Of a DNA stretch of 64,000 nt, positions 29,193 through 41,121 are shown in pieces. The stretch's first letter is position 1, and each line of letters starts with the position of its first letter. Under the pieces are notes generated by a model. It was not told the origin of the DNA. It saw only the letters and a program-made list of their open reading frames with translations, and did no database searches. A program made the position numbers and the translations under genes. This DNA comes from Halothiobacillaceae bacterium (GTDB lineage: Bacteria > Pseudomonadota > Gammaproteobacteria > Halothiobacillales > Halothiobacillaceae): assembly GCA_006212015.1 (NCBI GenBank), contig SDAY01000002.1:10457-74456 (forward strand), written 5' to 3'.

Positions 29193-32009
29193 ATGCGCAA
29201 ACGTCCCGCCTCCCCCAAGCACGATGCCGTCCTGCGTGCACGCGTCAGACTCTTCGGCCAACTGCTCGGCGAGATCGTCCTCGAGCAGATTGGCGAAGAG
29301 GTCTTCGAAGCGGTCGAAACCCTGCGCAAGGGCTTCATCCGTCAGCGCCAGCAACCCAATCCGCGCACCCAGGCCAGACTGATCGAGACCATCGAGGAGC
29401 TGCCTGCCGGCCAGATGACCCAGGTGGTTCGCGCATTCAGCATCTATTTCAGCCTGGTCAATATCGCCGAGGAAGAGTTCCAGCACCAGCAGCGCCGCCG
29501 CATGGTGCGCCGCGGCCTGAACCTGTGGAAGGGCTCCTTCCACGACACCCTGCGCGAGTTCAGCAAGGATGGCATGAGCGCCGGCCAGCTGCAGGAACTG
29601 CTCGACAACCTGCAGTACATCCCCGTGTTCACCGCCCACCCGACCGAGGCCAAGCGCCGCACGGTGATGGACCAGCAGCGCCGCGTGTTCGTGCTTGCGA
29701 GCGAGCTGGACCGCCCGGGCCTCGGCGAGAGCGAGCGCGAGGAAATCACCCGCGCGATCAAGACCCACATCCTCGCCCTGTGGAAGACCAACGAGGTCCG
29801 CAGCGTGCGCCCCAAGGTCGAGGACGAGATCCGCCAGGGCCTGTACTACTTCCGCCAGAGCATCTTCAACGCCGTGCCGGTGACCTACCGCTACCTGGAA
29901 AAGGCGATCGCCACCAACTTCGGCCGCGACCTGGCGCAACAGGTCAAGGCGCCCAGCTTCCTGCGCTTTGGCTCATGGATCGGCGGCGACCGCGACGGCA
30001 ACCCGTTCGTCACCCCCGAGACCACCGAGCTGGCCGTCGCCATGGCCGCCGAGATGGTGCTGGAAGAATACCGCCAGCGCATCTTCGCCCTGGGCCGCAC
30101 CCTGACCCACTCCATCAGCCTGTGCCCGGACATCTGCGTGCGCCAGCTGGCGCTTGAAAGCGACCAGCGCTTTGTCGAGGCCGTCTTCGGCACCGAGGGC
30201 GACGAGTATTTCGAGGACGAGCCTTACCGCACCAAGTTGCGGATCATGCATTACCGCCTCGGCCTCAACCTGAACTATGTGCGCCAACTCAAGGATGGCG
30301 AGCCCATGGCCCTGCCGACCGCGGCTTACCGCGGCCCTGAAGAATTCATGACCGACCTGTATCGCATCCACGACTCGCTGATCGAGAACGGCGATGCCCT
30401 GCTGGCCGAGGCCGATCTGAAGGATCTGATCCGTCTGGCCGAAACCTTCGGCTTCCATCTGTTCAAACTGGATATCCGCCAGGAATCCACCCGCCATACC
30501 GACGCCGTTACGGAGATCCTCGAGCAGATCGAGCCTGGCCTGAACTACGGCGATCATGATGAAAAAGATCGCATGCGCGTGCTGGCCGAACGCATCAGGC
30601 GCCCCGTACCCGGCATGGACATGGATGCACTGACCCCCGAGACCGTGCAGACCCTGCGCGTCTTCCAGGTGATGCGTGACATGCGCGACAACGTCAGCCG
30701 CGAGGCCTTCGGCGCCTACGTCATCTCCATGACGCACGAAGCCAGCCATGTGATGGAGGTCATGTACCTCGCCCACCTGGCGGGCCTCGCGGGCTTCGAC
30801 GCCGCAGGCAAGCCGTTCTGCGACCTGCTTGTTTCCCCGCTGTTCGAGACCATCGAGGATCTCGCGCACATCGAGCAGGTCCTGACCCTGCTGCTCGACA
30901 ACCCGGTCTACCGCGAACTGCTCAAGACCTCGGGCGACCTGCAGGAGGTCATGCTGGGCTATTCCGACTCCTGCAAGGATGGCGGCGTGCTGGCCTCGGT
31001 CTGGAACCTCTATGAGGCCCAGCTGAAGGTGCTGGAGCTGACCCGGTCGCGCGGCGTCGAATTCCGCCTGTTCCACGGACGCGGCGGCACCGTCGCGCGC
31101 GGCGGCGGCCCGACCCACGAGTCCATGCTCTCCCTGCCCCAGGGCACCGTGCTCGGCCAGATCAAGTTCACCGAACAGGGCGAGGTGCTGTCCTCCAAGT
31201 ACAGCAACACCGAGACCGCCATCTACGAGCTGGTCATGGGCACGACCGGCCTGATGAAGGCCACCCGCCACCGCGTGATGGACGTGGCCCGCACCCGCCC
31301 CGAGTTCGAGGAAGCGATGGCGGAGATGGCTCGCTACGGTGAGGAGGCCTACCGCACCCTGACCGACCGCACCCCGGGCTTCATCCCCTACTTCTACGAA
31401 GCCACCCCGGTGCGCGAGATCGGCCTGATGAACATCGGCTCGCGCCCCTCCCATCGCAAGAAGGGCGACATCTCCAAGTCCTCCGTGCGCGCCATCGCCT
31501 GGGTGTTCGGCTGGGCGCAGGCGCGCCACACCCTGCCGGCCTGGTTCGGCATCGGCAGCGCGCTGGAGCATTGGCAGAAGAATCATCCGGGCCAGCTGGA
31601 ACTCCTCCGCGCCATGTTCGACGGCTGGCCGTTCTTCCACAGCCTGCTGCGCAACACCCAGATGTCGCTGACCAAGGGCGAGATGAACATCGCCCGCGAA
31701 TACTCCGAGCTTGTCAGGGACCGCGCCATCGGCGAGCAGGTCTACGGCATGATCAACGGCGAATACCAGCGCACCCTCAGCGAGGTGCTGCGCGTGGCGG
31801 GTGTCGAGGACCTGGTGGAGATCGATCCCGTGCTCGGCACCTCCATGCAGCGCCGCAACCCCTACCTGGACCCGCTCAATCACATCCAGATCACCCTGCT
31901 CAAGCGCTACCGCGACGAGGGGCTGTCCGACGAGGAGCGCGAGATGTGGCTGCTGCCGCTGCTGCGCTCGATCAACGCCGTGGCCGCGGGCATGCGCAAC
32001 ACGGGCTGA
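29193..32009 (+). CDS. ppc: phosphoenolpyruvate carboxylase
   Basis: 938 aa with the conserved PEPC motifs VFTAHPTE, GYSDSCKDGG, FHGRGGTVARGGGP and the C-terminal AAGMRNTG. Confidence 0.95.
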   Translation: MRKRPASPKHDAVLRARVRLFGQLLGEIVLEQIGEEVFEAVETLRKGFIRQRQQPNPRTQARLIETIEELPAGQMTQVVRAFSIYFSLVNIAEEEFQHQQRRRMVRRGLNLWKGSFHDTLREFSKDGMSAGQLQELLDNLQYIPVFTAHPTEAKRRTVMDQQRRVFVLASELDRPGLGESEREEITRAIKTHILALWKTNEVRSVRPKVEDEIRQGLYYFRQSIFNAVPVTYRYLEKAIATNFGRDLAQQVKAPSFLRFGSWIGGDRDGNPFVTPETTELAVAMAAEMVLEEYRQRIFALGRTLTHSISLCPDICVRQLALESDQRFVEAVFGTEGDEYFEDEPYRTKLRIMHYRLGLNLNYVRQLKDGEPMALPTAAYRGPEEFMTDLYRIHDSLIENGDALLAEADLKDLIRLAETFGFHLFKLDIRQESTRHTDAVTEILEQIEPGLNYGDHDEKDRMRVLAERIRRPVPGMDMDALTPETVQTLRVFQVMRDMRDNVSREAFGAYVISMTHEASHVMEVMYLAHLAGLAGFDAAGKPFCDLLVSPLFETIEDLAHIEQVLTLLLDNPVYRELLKTSGDLQEVMLGYSDSCKDGGVLASVWNLYEAQLKVLELTRSRGVEFRLFHGRGGTVARGGGPTHESMLSLPQGTVLGQIKFTEQGEVLSSKYSNTETAIYELVMGTTGLMKATRHRVMDVARTRPEFEEAMAEMARYGEEAYRTLTDRTPGFIPYFYEATPVREIGLMNIGSRPSHRKKGDISKSSVRAIAWVFGWAQARHTLPAWFGIGSALEHWQKNHPGQLELLRAMFDGWPFFHSLLRNTQMSLTKGEMNIAREYSELVRDRAIGEQVYGMINGEYQRTLSEVLRVAGVEDLVEIDPVLGTSMQRRNPYLDPLNHIQITLLKRYRDEGLSDEEREMWLLPLLRSINAVAAGMRNTG

Positions 32010-32027
32010 TCGCCCGGCGCTCCGGAC

Positions 32028-32060
32028 GTAAAAAGGCCGCCTTTAGGGCGGCCTTCTCGT
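32028..32060. terminator. shared (bidirectional) terminator hairpin between ppc and ggt
   Basis: AAGGCCGCC-TTTAG-GGCGGCCTT. A T5 run follows on the minus sense (ggt side); the tail on the plus sense is weaker. Confidence 0.6.
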
Positions 32061-32078
32061 TTCCGGTTAACCGAAGGC

Positions 32079-33749
32079 TTACGGTGCGGGAAATGCCCGC
32101 ACCGCCCCCATGCCCTCGACGCGCGGATCGCTCGCCGCGTCCACCGCATTCCTAGCCTTGTCCCACAGCACGGCCTGCATGTTGCCCCAAGTCGGCTGTT
32201 CCAGCAGAGCATGACCACGCGCCTCCAGCGCCGCGCGTGCTGGCCCGTCGAACGCACCGGGCTCGTGGTAGACGACATCCGGCAGGTACTGGTGGTGGAC
32301 GCGCGGGCGGGCGACCCAGGCCAGCGGCGGCTTGCCGTCCACCGCCTCCAGCGCGCCGAGCAGGACCATGGTGATGATGCGGCTGCCCCCCGGCGACCCC
32401 AGGATCATCAGCTGATCATCACTGCGGATGAAGGTCGGCGTCATGCTCGAGAGCATGCGCCTGCCCGGCGCGATGGCGTTGGCCTCCGCGCCCACCAGTC
32501 CGTAAGCATTCGGCACGCCGGGCTTGATGGAGAAGTCGTCCATCTCGTCGTTCAGCAGCACGCCCGTGCCCGGCGGCACGAAGGCCGCGCCGAAGGGGTA
32601 GTTGATGCTCAGGGTGGCGGAGACGGCGTTGCCGTCCGCATCGAGAATGGAGAAATGTGTGGTGTCATCGCCCTGCTTCACGGGCTGCGCGCCCGGCAGA
32701 CTGGCGCTGGGGGTGGCCTTGTCCATGCGAATGGAGGCCCGCAGGCCATCCGCATAGAAAGGGTGCAGCAGGCGTTCGGTCGGAATGGCGACGAAGTCCG
32801 GATCGCCAAGATATTCAGCGCGGTCGCGGTAGGCGCGGCGCATGGCCTCGACGATCAGGTGCGCGCGCCCGGCCTCGTCCAGCGCCGCAAGGTCGAAGCC
32901 TGCGAGGATGTTGAGCATGGTGACCAGTGCGATGCCGCCGGAGGACGGCGGCGCGGCGGAGATGATCTCGAAGCCGCGATACTGGCCGCGCACGGGCTCG
33001 CGCTCGACCACCTGGTATTCGGCCAGGTCCTTGTCGGTCCAGATGCCGCCGGCCTTGCGCACGCCCGCCACCAGCCTTTCGGCCACCGCCCCGCGATAGA
33101 AGCCGTCCGCGCCCTCCCCGGCCATGCGCTCCAGCACCCAGGCCAGTTCCGGCTGGCGGACAAGATGGCCAAGCTCCGGCGGCTGGCCGTCCCGAAGAAA
33201 CAGGCGGGCGGCTTCGGGATCCTTGTCGAAGGCCTCCAGCCGGAAGGCGGCCATGCGGCGGTAATGCGGGGTGACGGCAAAGCCCTCGCGCGCCAGCCGG
33301 ATGGCCGGGGCCAGCGATGCGGACAGCGGCAGGCGGCCATACTCGCGCGCCAGATGATCCAGCGCCGCCGGCACGCCAGGGATGCCCGCCGCCAGCGCGC
33401 CGTCCATCGAGGCCCTGGGGATCGCCTCGCCCCTGGGATCGAGGTACATGTCCCGGTGGGCGGCCAGCGGCGCCCGCTCACGCCCGTCGATCATGACATC
33501 GCGACTGGCATCCGCATCATGCAGCAGCCAGAACCCGCCGCCGCCGAGGCCGGAACTGTACGGCTCCACCACCGCCAGCGCGGCGCTGACCGCCACCGCG
33601 GCATCGAAGGCATTGCCGCCCTGATCGAGAATCTCGAAGCCCGCCTCGGTCGCCAGCGGATGGGCGGAGGCCATCGCCGAGGCCGGCGGCTGGGCCGCAT
33701 GCAGGGGGGCGACAGCCAGACAGAGCAGCAGGAAAAGGCGAATCAACAT
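32079..33749 (-). CDS. ggt: gamma-glutamyltransferase
   Basis: 556 aa with a signal peptide (MLIRLFLLLCLAVAPLHA) and the autoprocessing site region DDTTHFSILD. AAGGAG precedes the ATG. Confidence 0.9.
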   Translation of the reverse strand: MLIRLFLLLCLAVAPLHAAQPPASAMASAHPLATEAGFEILDQGGNAFDAAVAVSAALAVVEPYSSGLGGGGFWLLHDADASRDVMIDGRERAPLAAHRDMYLDPRGEAIPRASMDGALAAGIPGVPAALDHLAREYGRLPLSASLAPAIRLAREGFAVTPHYRRMAAFRLEAFDKDPEAARLFLRDGQPPELGHLVRQPELAWVLERMAGEGADGFYRGAVAERLVAGVRKAGGIWTDKDLAEYQVVEREPVRGQYRGFEIISAAPPSSGGIALVTMLNILAGFDLAALDEAGRAHLIVEAMRRAYRDRAEYLGDPDFVAIPTERLLHPFYADGLRASIRMDKATPSASLPGAQPVKQGDDTTHFSILDADGNAVSATLSINYPFGAAFVPPGTGVLLNDEMDDFSIKPGVPNAYGLVGAEANAIAPGRRMLSSMTPTFIRSDDQLMILGSPGGSRIITMVLLGALEAVDGKPPLAWVARPRVHHQYLPDVVYHEPGAFDGPARAALEARGHALLEQPTWGNMQAVLWDKARNAVDAASDPRVEGMGAVRAFPAP

Positions 33750-33784
33750 GCGCGGACTCCTTCGCCCCTTGTTCGGGCTTGGAA

Positions 33785-34045
33785 CTATCCGTAACGGATC
33801 TTGAAGAACAGGATGCCTCCCGCCAGCACGACGGTGATGGCATTGGCGATGATGATGGGCCAGGAGCCGAGCAGCAGGCCGTAGATCAGCCAGCCGATGA
33901 CGCCGAGGGTGAAGAGCAGGAACATGCCCAGCGAGAGGTCGCGCGCGTGGCGCGAGCGCCAGGTCTTGAGCGCCTGCGGCACGAAGGCGAGCGTGGTCAG
34001 GGTTGCGGCGATGGCGCCGACCACATCGACAAGGGCCATGGCCAT
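33785..34045 (-). CDS. SemiSWEET (PQ-loop, 3-TM) transporter
   Basis: 86 aa with three hydrophobic helices and the PQ motif (LAFVPQALKTWRS). The ATG at 34045 forms an ATGA overlap with the panC stop. Confidence 0.8.
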   Translation of the reverse strand: MAMALVDVVGAIAATLTTLAFVPQALKTWRSRHARDLSLGMFLLFTLGVIGWLIYGLLLGSWPIIIANAITVVLAGGILFFKIRYG

Positions 34046-34887
34046 CACACGCGCTGGTTGTCGATCAGGCGGGTGCGGCCCAGCCAGGCGGCTGCGAGGA
34101 TGACGAGTTCGTCCTGCTTCGACTGCGGCGGCGCGAGATCCTCGACCCGACGGATGGCGACATAGTCGGTGCGGAAGCCGGCGGCATCGAGCACGGCGCG
34201 ACCCTCCTCCTCCAGCGCGCCGAAGTCGTCGCGACCCGCGTGGATCTGCCCGGCGAGGCTCTTGAGCATGGCGTGGATCATCGGCGCCCGGGCCCGCTCG
34301 TCGGCATCGAGGTAACCGTTGCGCGAGCTCATGGCCAGGCCGTCGTCCTCGCGCCGCGTGGGGTGGCCGATGATCTCGATCGGCATGTCGAGATCAAGCA
34401 CCATGCGACGCAGGAGGGTCAGCTGCTGGAAGTCCTTCTCGCCGAACACGGCCACGTCCGGCTGCACCAGGTTGAAGAGCTTGGCGACGATGGTGGTCAC
34501 CCCGACGAAATGGCCGGGACGGGCCGCGCCGCAGAGGATGTCGCCCAGCGCCGGCACCTCGACGCGGGTGCAGTCGTCCTTGCCATGCGGGTAGAGGGTG
34601 TCGATGGCGGGCAGGAACAGCAGGTCCGCCCCGGCCTCGGCCAGCAGGGCGGCATCGCGCGCCTCGGTGCGCGGGTAGCGTTCGAAGTCCTCGCCCGCGC
34701 CGAACTGGAGCGGATTGACGAAGATGCTGGCCACCACGGCATCGGCCGCCTGGCGGGCGCGCTCGACCAGGGCCAGGTGCCCGGCATGCAGGTTGCCCAT
34801 GGTGGGCACGAAGGCGATGCGCTTGCCATGCGTCTTCAGGGCGCGCACGGCGGCGCGCAGGTCGGGGATGGATATGACGGTACGCAT
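34045..34887 (-). CDS. panC: pantoate--beta-alanine ligase
   Basis: FVPTMGNLHAGHLALV and FGEKDFQQL. The start was re-set to the ATG at 34887; the track ORF extension runs through a REP repeat. Confidence 0.95.
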   Translation of the reverse strand: MRTVISIPDLRAAVRALKTHGKRIAFVPTMGNLHAGHLALVERARQAADAVVASIFVNPLQFGAGEDFERYPRTEARDAALLAEAGADLLFLPAIDTLYPHGKDDCTRVEVPALGDILCGAARPGHFVGVTTIVAKLFNLVQPDVAVFGEKDFQQLTLLRRMVLDLDMPIEIIGHPTRREDDGLAMSSRNGYLDADERARAPMIHAMLKSLAGQIHAGRDDFGALEEEGRAVLDAAGFRTDYVAIRRVEDLAPPQSKQDELVILAAAWLGRTRLIDNQRV

Positions 34888-34936
34888 GCGGTTTGAATCC
34901 TGGGTCGTCCATGCAGCCCCATGGCTGCACAAGCAT

Positions 34937-34999
34937 ATCGCGGCGGAGGCGCCGCTCCTACAGCCCCACCCGTAGGAGGCCCGCCCCCGGGCCGAAGGG
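34937..34999. repeat. inverted pair of REP-like units
   Basis: ATCGCGGCGGAGGCGCCGCTCCTACA (a reverse-orientation unit) is followed by CGTAGGAGGCCCGCCCCCGGGCCGAAGG in the panB-panC spacer. Confidence 0.65.
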
Positions 35000-35028
35000 T
35001 TTGGGGCGCTCGTTCGCGCCTGGCCCAT

Positions 35029-35829
35029 TCAGGTGAAGCCGTTTTCCGGGCGCGGAAAGATGCCGCCACGCACCTCGTCCACGAAGGCCTTGAGCGCCCG
35101 GTCCGGCGCGCCGTGCTCGGCGGCGTAATTGCGCGCGAACTTGGGCGGGCGGGCGGTGAAGCCGAGCAGGTCGTAGCTGACCAGCACCTGACCGTCGCAG
35201 GCCGGGCCCGCGCCGATGCCGATGACCGGGATGGCGAGCGCCCTCGTGATGCGTTCGGCCAGCTCGCTCGGAATGCATTCGAGGATCAGCAAGTCGGCCC
35301 CGGCCTGCTCCAGCGCCACGGCATCCTTGAGCATGGCCTCGGCAGCCTCCGGCGCGCGGCCCTGCACGCGGTAACCGCCGAGCTTGTGCACGGACTGCGG
35401 GGTGAGCCCAAGATGGGCGCAGACCGGGATGCCCTGGCGGCCGAGCGCCTGCACGGTCTCCAGCTGCGGCGCGCCGCCCTCGAGCTTGACCACCTGCGCC
35501 CCACCCTCCTTCATCAGCCGCGCCGCGCTCTGGAGCGCCTGCCCGGGCGTGGCATAGGCCATGAATGGCAGGTCGGCGATCAGCACGGCGCGCTTCAGGC
35601 TGCGGGCCGCGCAGCGGCTGTGGTAGACCATCTCGTCGAGGGTGACAGGGATGGTGGTCTCATGCCCCTGAACCACCATGCCCAGCGAGTCGCCGACCAG
35701 CACCAGCTCGGCGCCAGCCTCGTCCACCAGACGGGCCAGGCTGGCGTCATAGGCGGTCAGGCAGCTGATGCGCTCGCCGCGCGACTTCATGCCACGCAGA
35801 TCGACCAGGGTCAGGGGGCGTGATGTCAT
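35029..35829 (-). CDS. panB: 3-methyl-2-oxobutanoate hydroxymethyltransferase
   Basis: 266 aa with LTAYDASLARLVDEAGAELVLVGDSLGMV and VKLEGG. Confidence 0.95.
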   Translation of the reverse strand: MTSRPLTLVDLRGMKSRGERISCLTAYDASLARLVDEAGAELVLVGDSLGMVVQGHETTIPVTLDEMVYHSRCAARSLKRAVLIADLPFMAYATPGQALQSAARLMKEGGAQVVKLEGGAPQLETVQALGRQGIPVCAHLGLTPQSVHKLGGYRVQGRAPEAAEAMLKDAVALEQAGADLLILECIPSELAERITRALAIPVIGIGAGPACDGQVLVSYDLLGFTARPPKFARNYAAEHGAPDRALKAFVDEVRGGIFPRPENGFT

Positions 35830-36314
35830 GCTCCATCCTCCACAACGGTACAGGTGTCATCCGCGCGCGCGGCGAGCAGCTCGGCCAGTGGCGCGAGACC
35901 GGGAATGATCAGATCGGGATTCAGATCGGCCAGCGGACGCAGCACGAAGGCTCGCTCCGGGATGCCGGGATGCGGAAGGGTCAGCTCATCGGAATGCATG
36001 CAAACATCAGCGTACATGAGCAGATCCAGGTCGATGAGCCGCTCGCCCCAGTGGCGCAGCCGCACACGCCCCAGCTTGCGCTCGATGCCCTGCAGCGCAT
36101 GCAGCAACTCAAGCGCTTGCATGGGGGTGTCGATGAGCGCGACGGCGTTGATGTAATCGGGCTGATCCTTCGGCCCCATGGGCGGGCTTCGATACAGGCG
36201 GGAGGCCTTGAGCAGTCGGGCACCTTGATGCCCGGCGAAGGCCTCCAGGGCACGCCTGATCTGCGCCACCGGCTGATCCAGATTGCTGCCCAGGCCGATG
36301 TAGGCAAGCGCCAT
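35826..36314 (-). CDS. folK: 2-amino-4-hydroxy-6-hydroxymethyldihydropteridine diphosphokinase
   Basis: 162 aa with AYIGLGSNL, a YRSPP motif and RHWGERLIDLDLL. Overlaps the panB start. Confidence 0.9.
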   Translation of the reverse strand: MALAYIGLGSNLDQPVAQIRRALEAFAGHQGARLLKASRLYRSPPMGPKDQPDYINAVALIDTPMQALELLHALQGIERKLGRVRLRHWGERLIDLDLLMYADVCMHSDELTLPHPGIPERAFVLRPLADLNPDLIIPGLAPLAELLAARADDTCTVVEDGA

Positions 36315-36317
36315 CGG

Positions 36318-37739
36318 TTATTCGCCGTGTGCCGCCGGACCCTCGCCCCTGGGCTTGCGGCGTCGCGGTGTGCGCCGACGCTTGAGCTCGCCTTCACCCG
36401 ATGGCGAGAACACGGCATGCTGGTCGCCGGGACTGGCCTCGACAAACGCCTTCCACCAGACCGCGTCCTCGGCCGCCTGCCGCTCGCCGCTCTGGGCCCG
36501 CAGCAGGAGGAAGTCATACGCGGCACGGAAGCGCGGGTGACCATGGAGGCTTGCAACCCCGCGCCCCTGATGGAGCGAGAAGCGGGGCTGCATTTCCCAT
36601 ATTTCCCGGGTCAGAAGCTGCAGATGGCGCGGAAGGGCCACGCGCTGCTGCAGCAGGCGCAGTGCCTCGTCCCCGGCCTGTTGCAGCACCACGCTGGGTG
36701 GCTGGCCTTCATGATCGAGCAGCTGCGCGCGCAGCACCGCCACCGGCCACAACAAGGCGGCATAAAGGAAGGCGCTGGATAGCGGCAGATCCTCGGCCAC
36801 GCGCCGATCGGTATTCGCCAGAGCGGTCTCGATGAAGTGAAGTGCCGCGCCCTCGTCGCGGGTCAGGGCCAGGGCCTCGTCGACCGGCGGCAGCAGCCAG
36901 CGCAGGAGGTCCAGGCGACGCAATTCGTGCAGCGATGCCTCGCCATGGCCCGTGTGGAACAGCTTCAGGCATTCGTCGAACAGTCGGGCCGGGGGGATGC
37001 CCTCCAGCAACGGGGCCAGCTCGGCGATCGGCCGTTCGGTGTCCTCGTGCAGGCGAAAGCCGAGCTTGGCGGCAAAGCGCGCTGCGCGAAGCATGCGCAC
37101 TGGATCTTCGCGATAGCGGGTTTCCGGGTCGCCCAGCAGGCGGAGCACGCCGTCCCGCAGATCCCGCATGCCGCCGACATGGTCGATCACGCTGAAATCG
37201 GCGATGTCGTAGTAGAGCGCATTGACGGTGAAGTCACGACGCTGGACGTCGTCCTCAAGCGATCCATAGACGTTGTCGCGCAGCAGGCGGCCACTGTCAT
37301 CGGCCGCGCGACCGGGCATGTCGTCACCCGATGCACGGAAGGTCGCGACTTCGATGACCTCCTTGCCATACAGGATATGGGCGAGGCGGAAACGGCGACC
37401 GATCAGGCGGCAGTTGCGAAAAAGCTTGCGAATCTGTTCCGGGGTCGCATCGGTGGCGATGTCGAAATCCTTCGGCTCCCGGCCGAGGAGCACGTCGCGC
37501 ACGCCGCCGCCGACAAGACAGGCACGGAAACCGGCCTCATGCAGGCGATACAGGACGTTGAGGGCGTTTTTGCTGATGTTCCTGCGTGAAACACTGTGCT
37601 GGTCACGCGGAATGATGGGAGAAATAGGCGATGAATCCACGGGGTTCCGTTTGCGGTATGGAGGTTTGCGGCCGGCCAGAAAGGGCCGAAAGATTACCAT
37701 GAAAGCATTGCGAACATGGCTGAAGTCGATACGTCTCAA
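36318..37739 (-). CDS. pcnB: poly(A) polymerase I
   Basis: IPRDQHSVSRRNISKNALNVLYRL, GGGVRD and RDFTVNALYY. The start is uncertain: TTG at 37739, ATG at 37700, or a non-canonical start as reported for E. coli pcnB. Confidence 0.9.
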   Translation of the reverse strand: MRRIDFSHVRNAFMVIFRPFLAGRKPPYRKRNPVDSSPISPIIPRDQHSVSRRNISKNALNVLYRLHEAGFRACLVGGGVRDVLLGREPKDFDIATDATPEQIRKLFRNCRLIGRRFRLAHILYGKEVIEVATFRASGDDMPGRAADDSGRLLRDNVYGSLEDDVQRRDFTVNALYYDIADFSVIDHVGGMRDLRDGVLRLLGDPETRYREDPVRMLRAARFAAKLGFRLHEDTERPIAELAPLLEGIPPARLFDECLKLFHTGHGEASLHELRRLDLLRWLLPPVDEALALTRDEGAALHFIETALANTDRRVAEDLPLSSAFLYAALLWPVAVLRAQLLDHEGQPPSVVLQQAGDEALRLLQQRVALPRHLQLLTREIWEMQPRFSLHQGRGVASLHGHPRFRAAYDFLLLRAQSGERQAAEDAVWWKAFVEASPGDQHAVFSPSGEGELKRRRTPRRRKPRGEGPAAHGE

Positions 37740-37777
37740 GTGATTCCCTGACCGGTAAGAGCCACGATAGGTGGATT

Positions 37778-38493
37778 TTACACGTCTGGCCCGGCTTTGC
37801 CTGCGCCCATGGCGGCAAGAACGGGAGAAATCTCCGTCAAATCACGGATTTCCGCCGTGGGCCGGGGCCGATGACCGGGCCATGCCTGCCCCTCGCGGTT
37901 GAGCCACACCGAGCGGATGGCGGCCCGCTGCGCCCCCAGGACATCGTGCTCGGGGTGGTCGCCCACGTGAACCATGGCCTCGGGCCCTTCGCCAAGCCGT
38001 TCGAGCGCATGCCGGAACATGGCCGGATCAGGCTTGCCCGCCCCGACCATGGCCGAATTCACGGCCAGACGGAAGTAGCGGGACAGGCCCGTGCGTTCAA
38101 TGCAGGCATTGCCATTGGAGAGGGCGACCAGCGTGTAATCCCTGGCAAGCGCATGCAAGACCGGCTCGACCTCGGGGAAAAATTCGACCCTGTTGCGTGC
38201 CTGGTAGAACACCTCGAACGCCTGTTCGGAAAAATCCTCGGCATACATGGCCTGCCGACCAAGATGCCCCAGGAAGGCCTTGCGCAAGGCCGTCAGGTCG
38301 TGGCGCTCATCGGGGCGTCCACGCATGTATTCGAGACAGACGGCGTGCAGGCTGTCCGGCGTGTGATCGCGGGTGATCCGCGGATAGCGCGCGTCGATCC
38401 AGGCGAACAGGGCGTGATTGGCGCGCCGAATGACCGGGGCTATGGCCCACAGGGTATCGTCGAGGTCGAAACCGATGACGCGGACCCGCCCCT

Positions 38494-38497
<4 letters not shown>
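37778..38497 (-). CDS. HAD-superfamily (subfamily IA, YigB/YjjG-like) hydrolase
   Basis: HAD motif I IGFDLDDTLW, motif II LSNGN and motif IV GDHPEHDV. ATGA overlap with the upstream ABC ATPase stop. Confidence 0.75.
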
Positions 38498-40101
<1,604 letters not shown>

Positions 40102-40137
40102 ACGGGCAGGATCGGTGAGGCATTGCGCGGGGAGGGT

Positions 40138-41103
40138 TCATTCATCCAGCATGGTGTCGGAGGTCTGGCCCTCGGCCTGACTGATGCAACGCAGGCGTCT
40201 CAGGGCCTCGAGCTGAATCTGGCGGACGCGCTCGCGGGTGACGCCGAGGATGTCGCCGATGGCCTCCAGCGTATGCGGTTCATGCCCATGCAGGCCGAAG
40301 CGACGTTCGACCACCTCGCGCTGCTTTGTGTCGAGCCTGGACAGCCATTCATCGACCCGCCCGTGAACCAGATCACCCTGCAGCAGCTCGGCGGGGTCGT
40401 GATTGTTCTCGTCGGGGATCAACTCCATCAGCGCGTGTTCCGGGTCGCCGCGGAGCGGGGTGTCCATCGACGTGATGCGTTCGCCATAGGCCATGTGCCG
40501 CATCACGTGGTCGAGATCGCGATTGAGGCTGGCTGCGATCTCCTCGGGGCCGACCTCGTGGTTCAACGCCTGGGTGAGCTTGCGCGCCGCGCGGTTGTAG
40601 GTGTTGATTTCCTTGACGACATGGATGGGCAGACGCACGGTGCGGCCCTGATTCATGATCGCCCGCTCGACGGTCTGGCGAATCCACCAGGTGGCGTAGG
40701 TCGAGAAGCGGAAACCGCGCTCCGGATCGAACTTCTCCACTGCGCGCATCAGGCCGAGGTTGCCCTCCTCGATCAGGTCGGAAAGATCGAGCCCGCGATG
40801 CATGTAGCGCCTGGCGATCTTCACGACCAGGCGAAGATTGCAGACGATCATCCTTTCCCGCCCGGCCTTGTCGCCAGCCCGGGCCAGACGGGCGAAATGA
40901 CGCTCCTCGTCGGGGGTCAGCAGGCTATGGCACTCGACATCGTTCAGATAAAGCCGGGTCACATCGGGGCCTTCGGCACCCACCTTGCCTGCGGCAAAGG
41001 ATACGACCTCAGCCTCATCATGGTCCTTGAGCTGATCCTCAGCCTCGTCAGACATCAGCTCGACAGGGTCGGAATCAAGAACATCGTCTTGGCTAGCCAT
41101 CAT
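40138..41103 (-). CDS. rpoS: stationary-phase sigma factor RpoS
   Basis: 321 aa ([19 protein letters not shown]..., [22 protein letters not shown]). Located downstream of nlpD. Confidence 0.9.
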   Translation of the reverse strand: MMASQDDVLDSDPVELMSDEAEDQLKDHDEAEVVSFAAGKVGAEGPDVTRLYLNDVECHSLLTPDEERHFARLARAGDKAGRERMIVCNLRLVVKIARRYMHRGLDLSDLIEEGNLGLMRAVEKFDPERGFRFSTYATWWIRQTVERAIMNQGRTVRLPIHVVKEINTYNRAARKLTQALNHEVGPEEIAASLNRDLDHVMRHMAYGERITSMDTPLRGDPEHALMELIPDENNHDPAELLQGDLVHGRVDEWLSRLDTKQREVVERRFGLHGHEPHTLEAIGDILGVTRERVRQIQLEALRRLRCISQAEGQTSDTMLDE

Positions 41104-41121
41104 TGATCCTCATGATTCACT

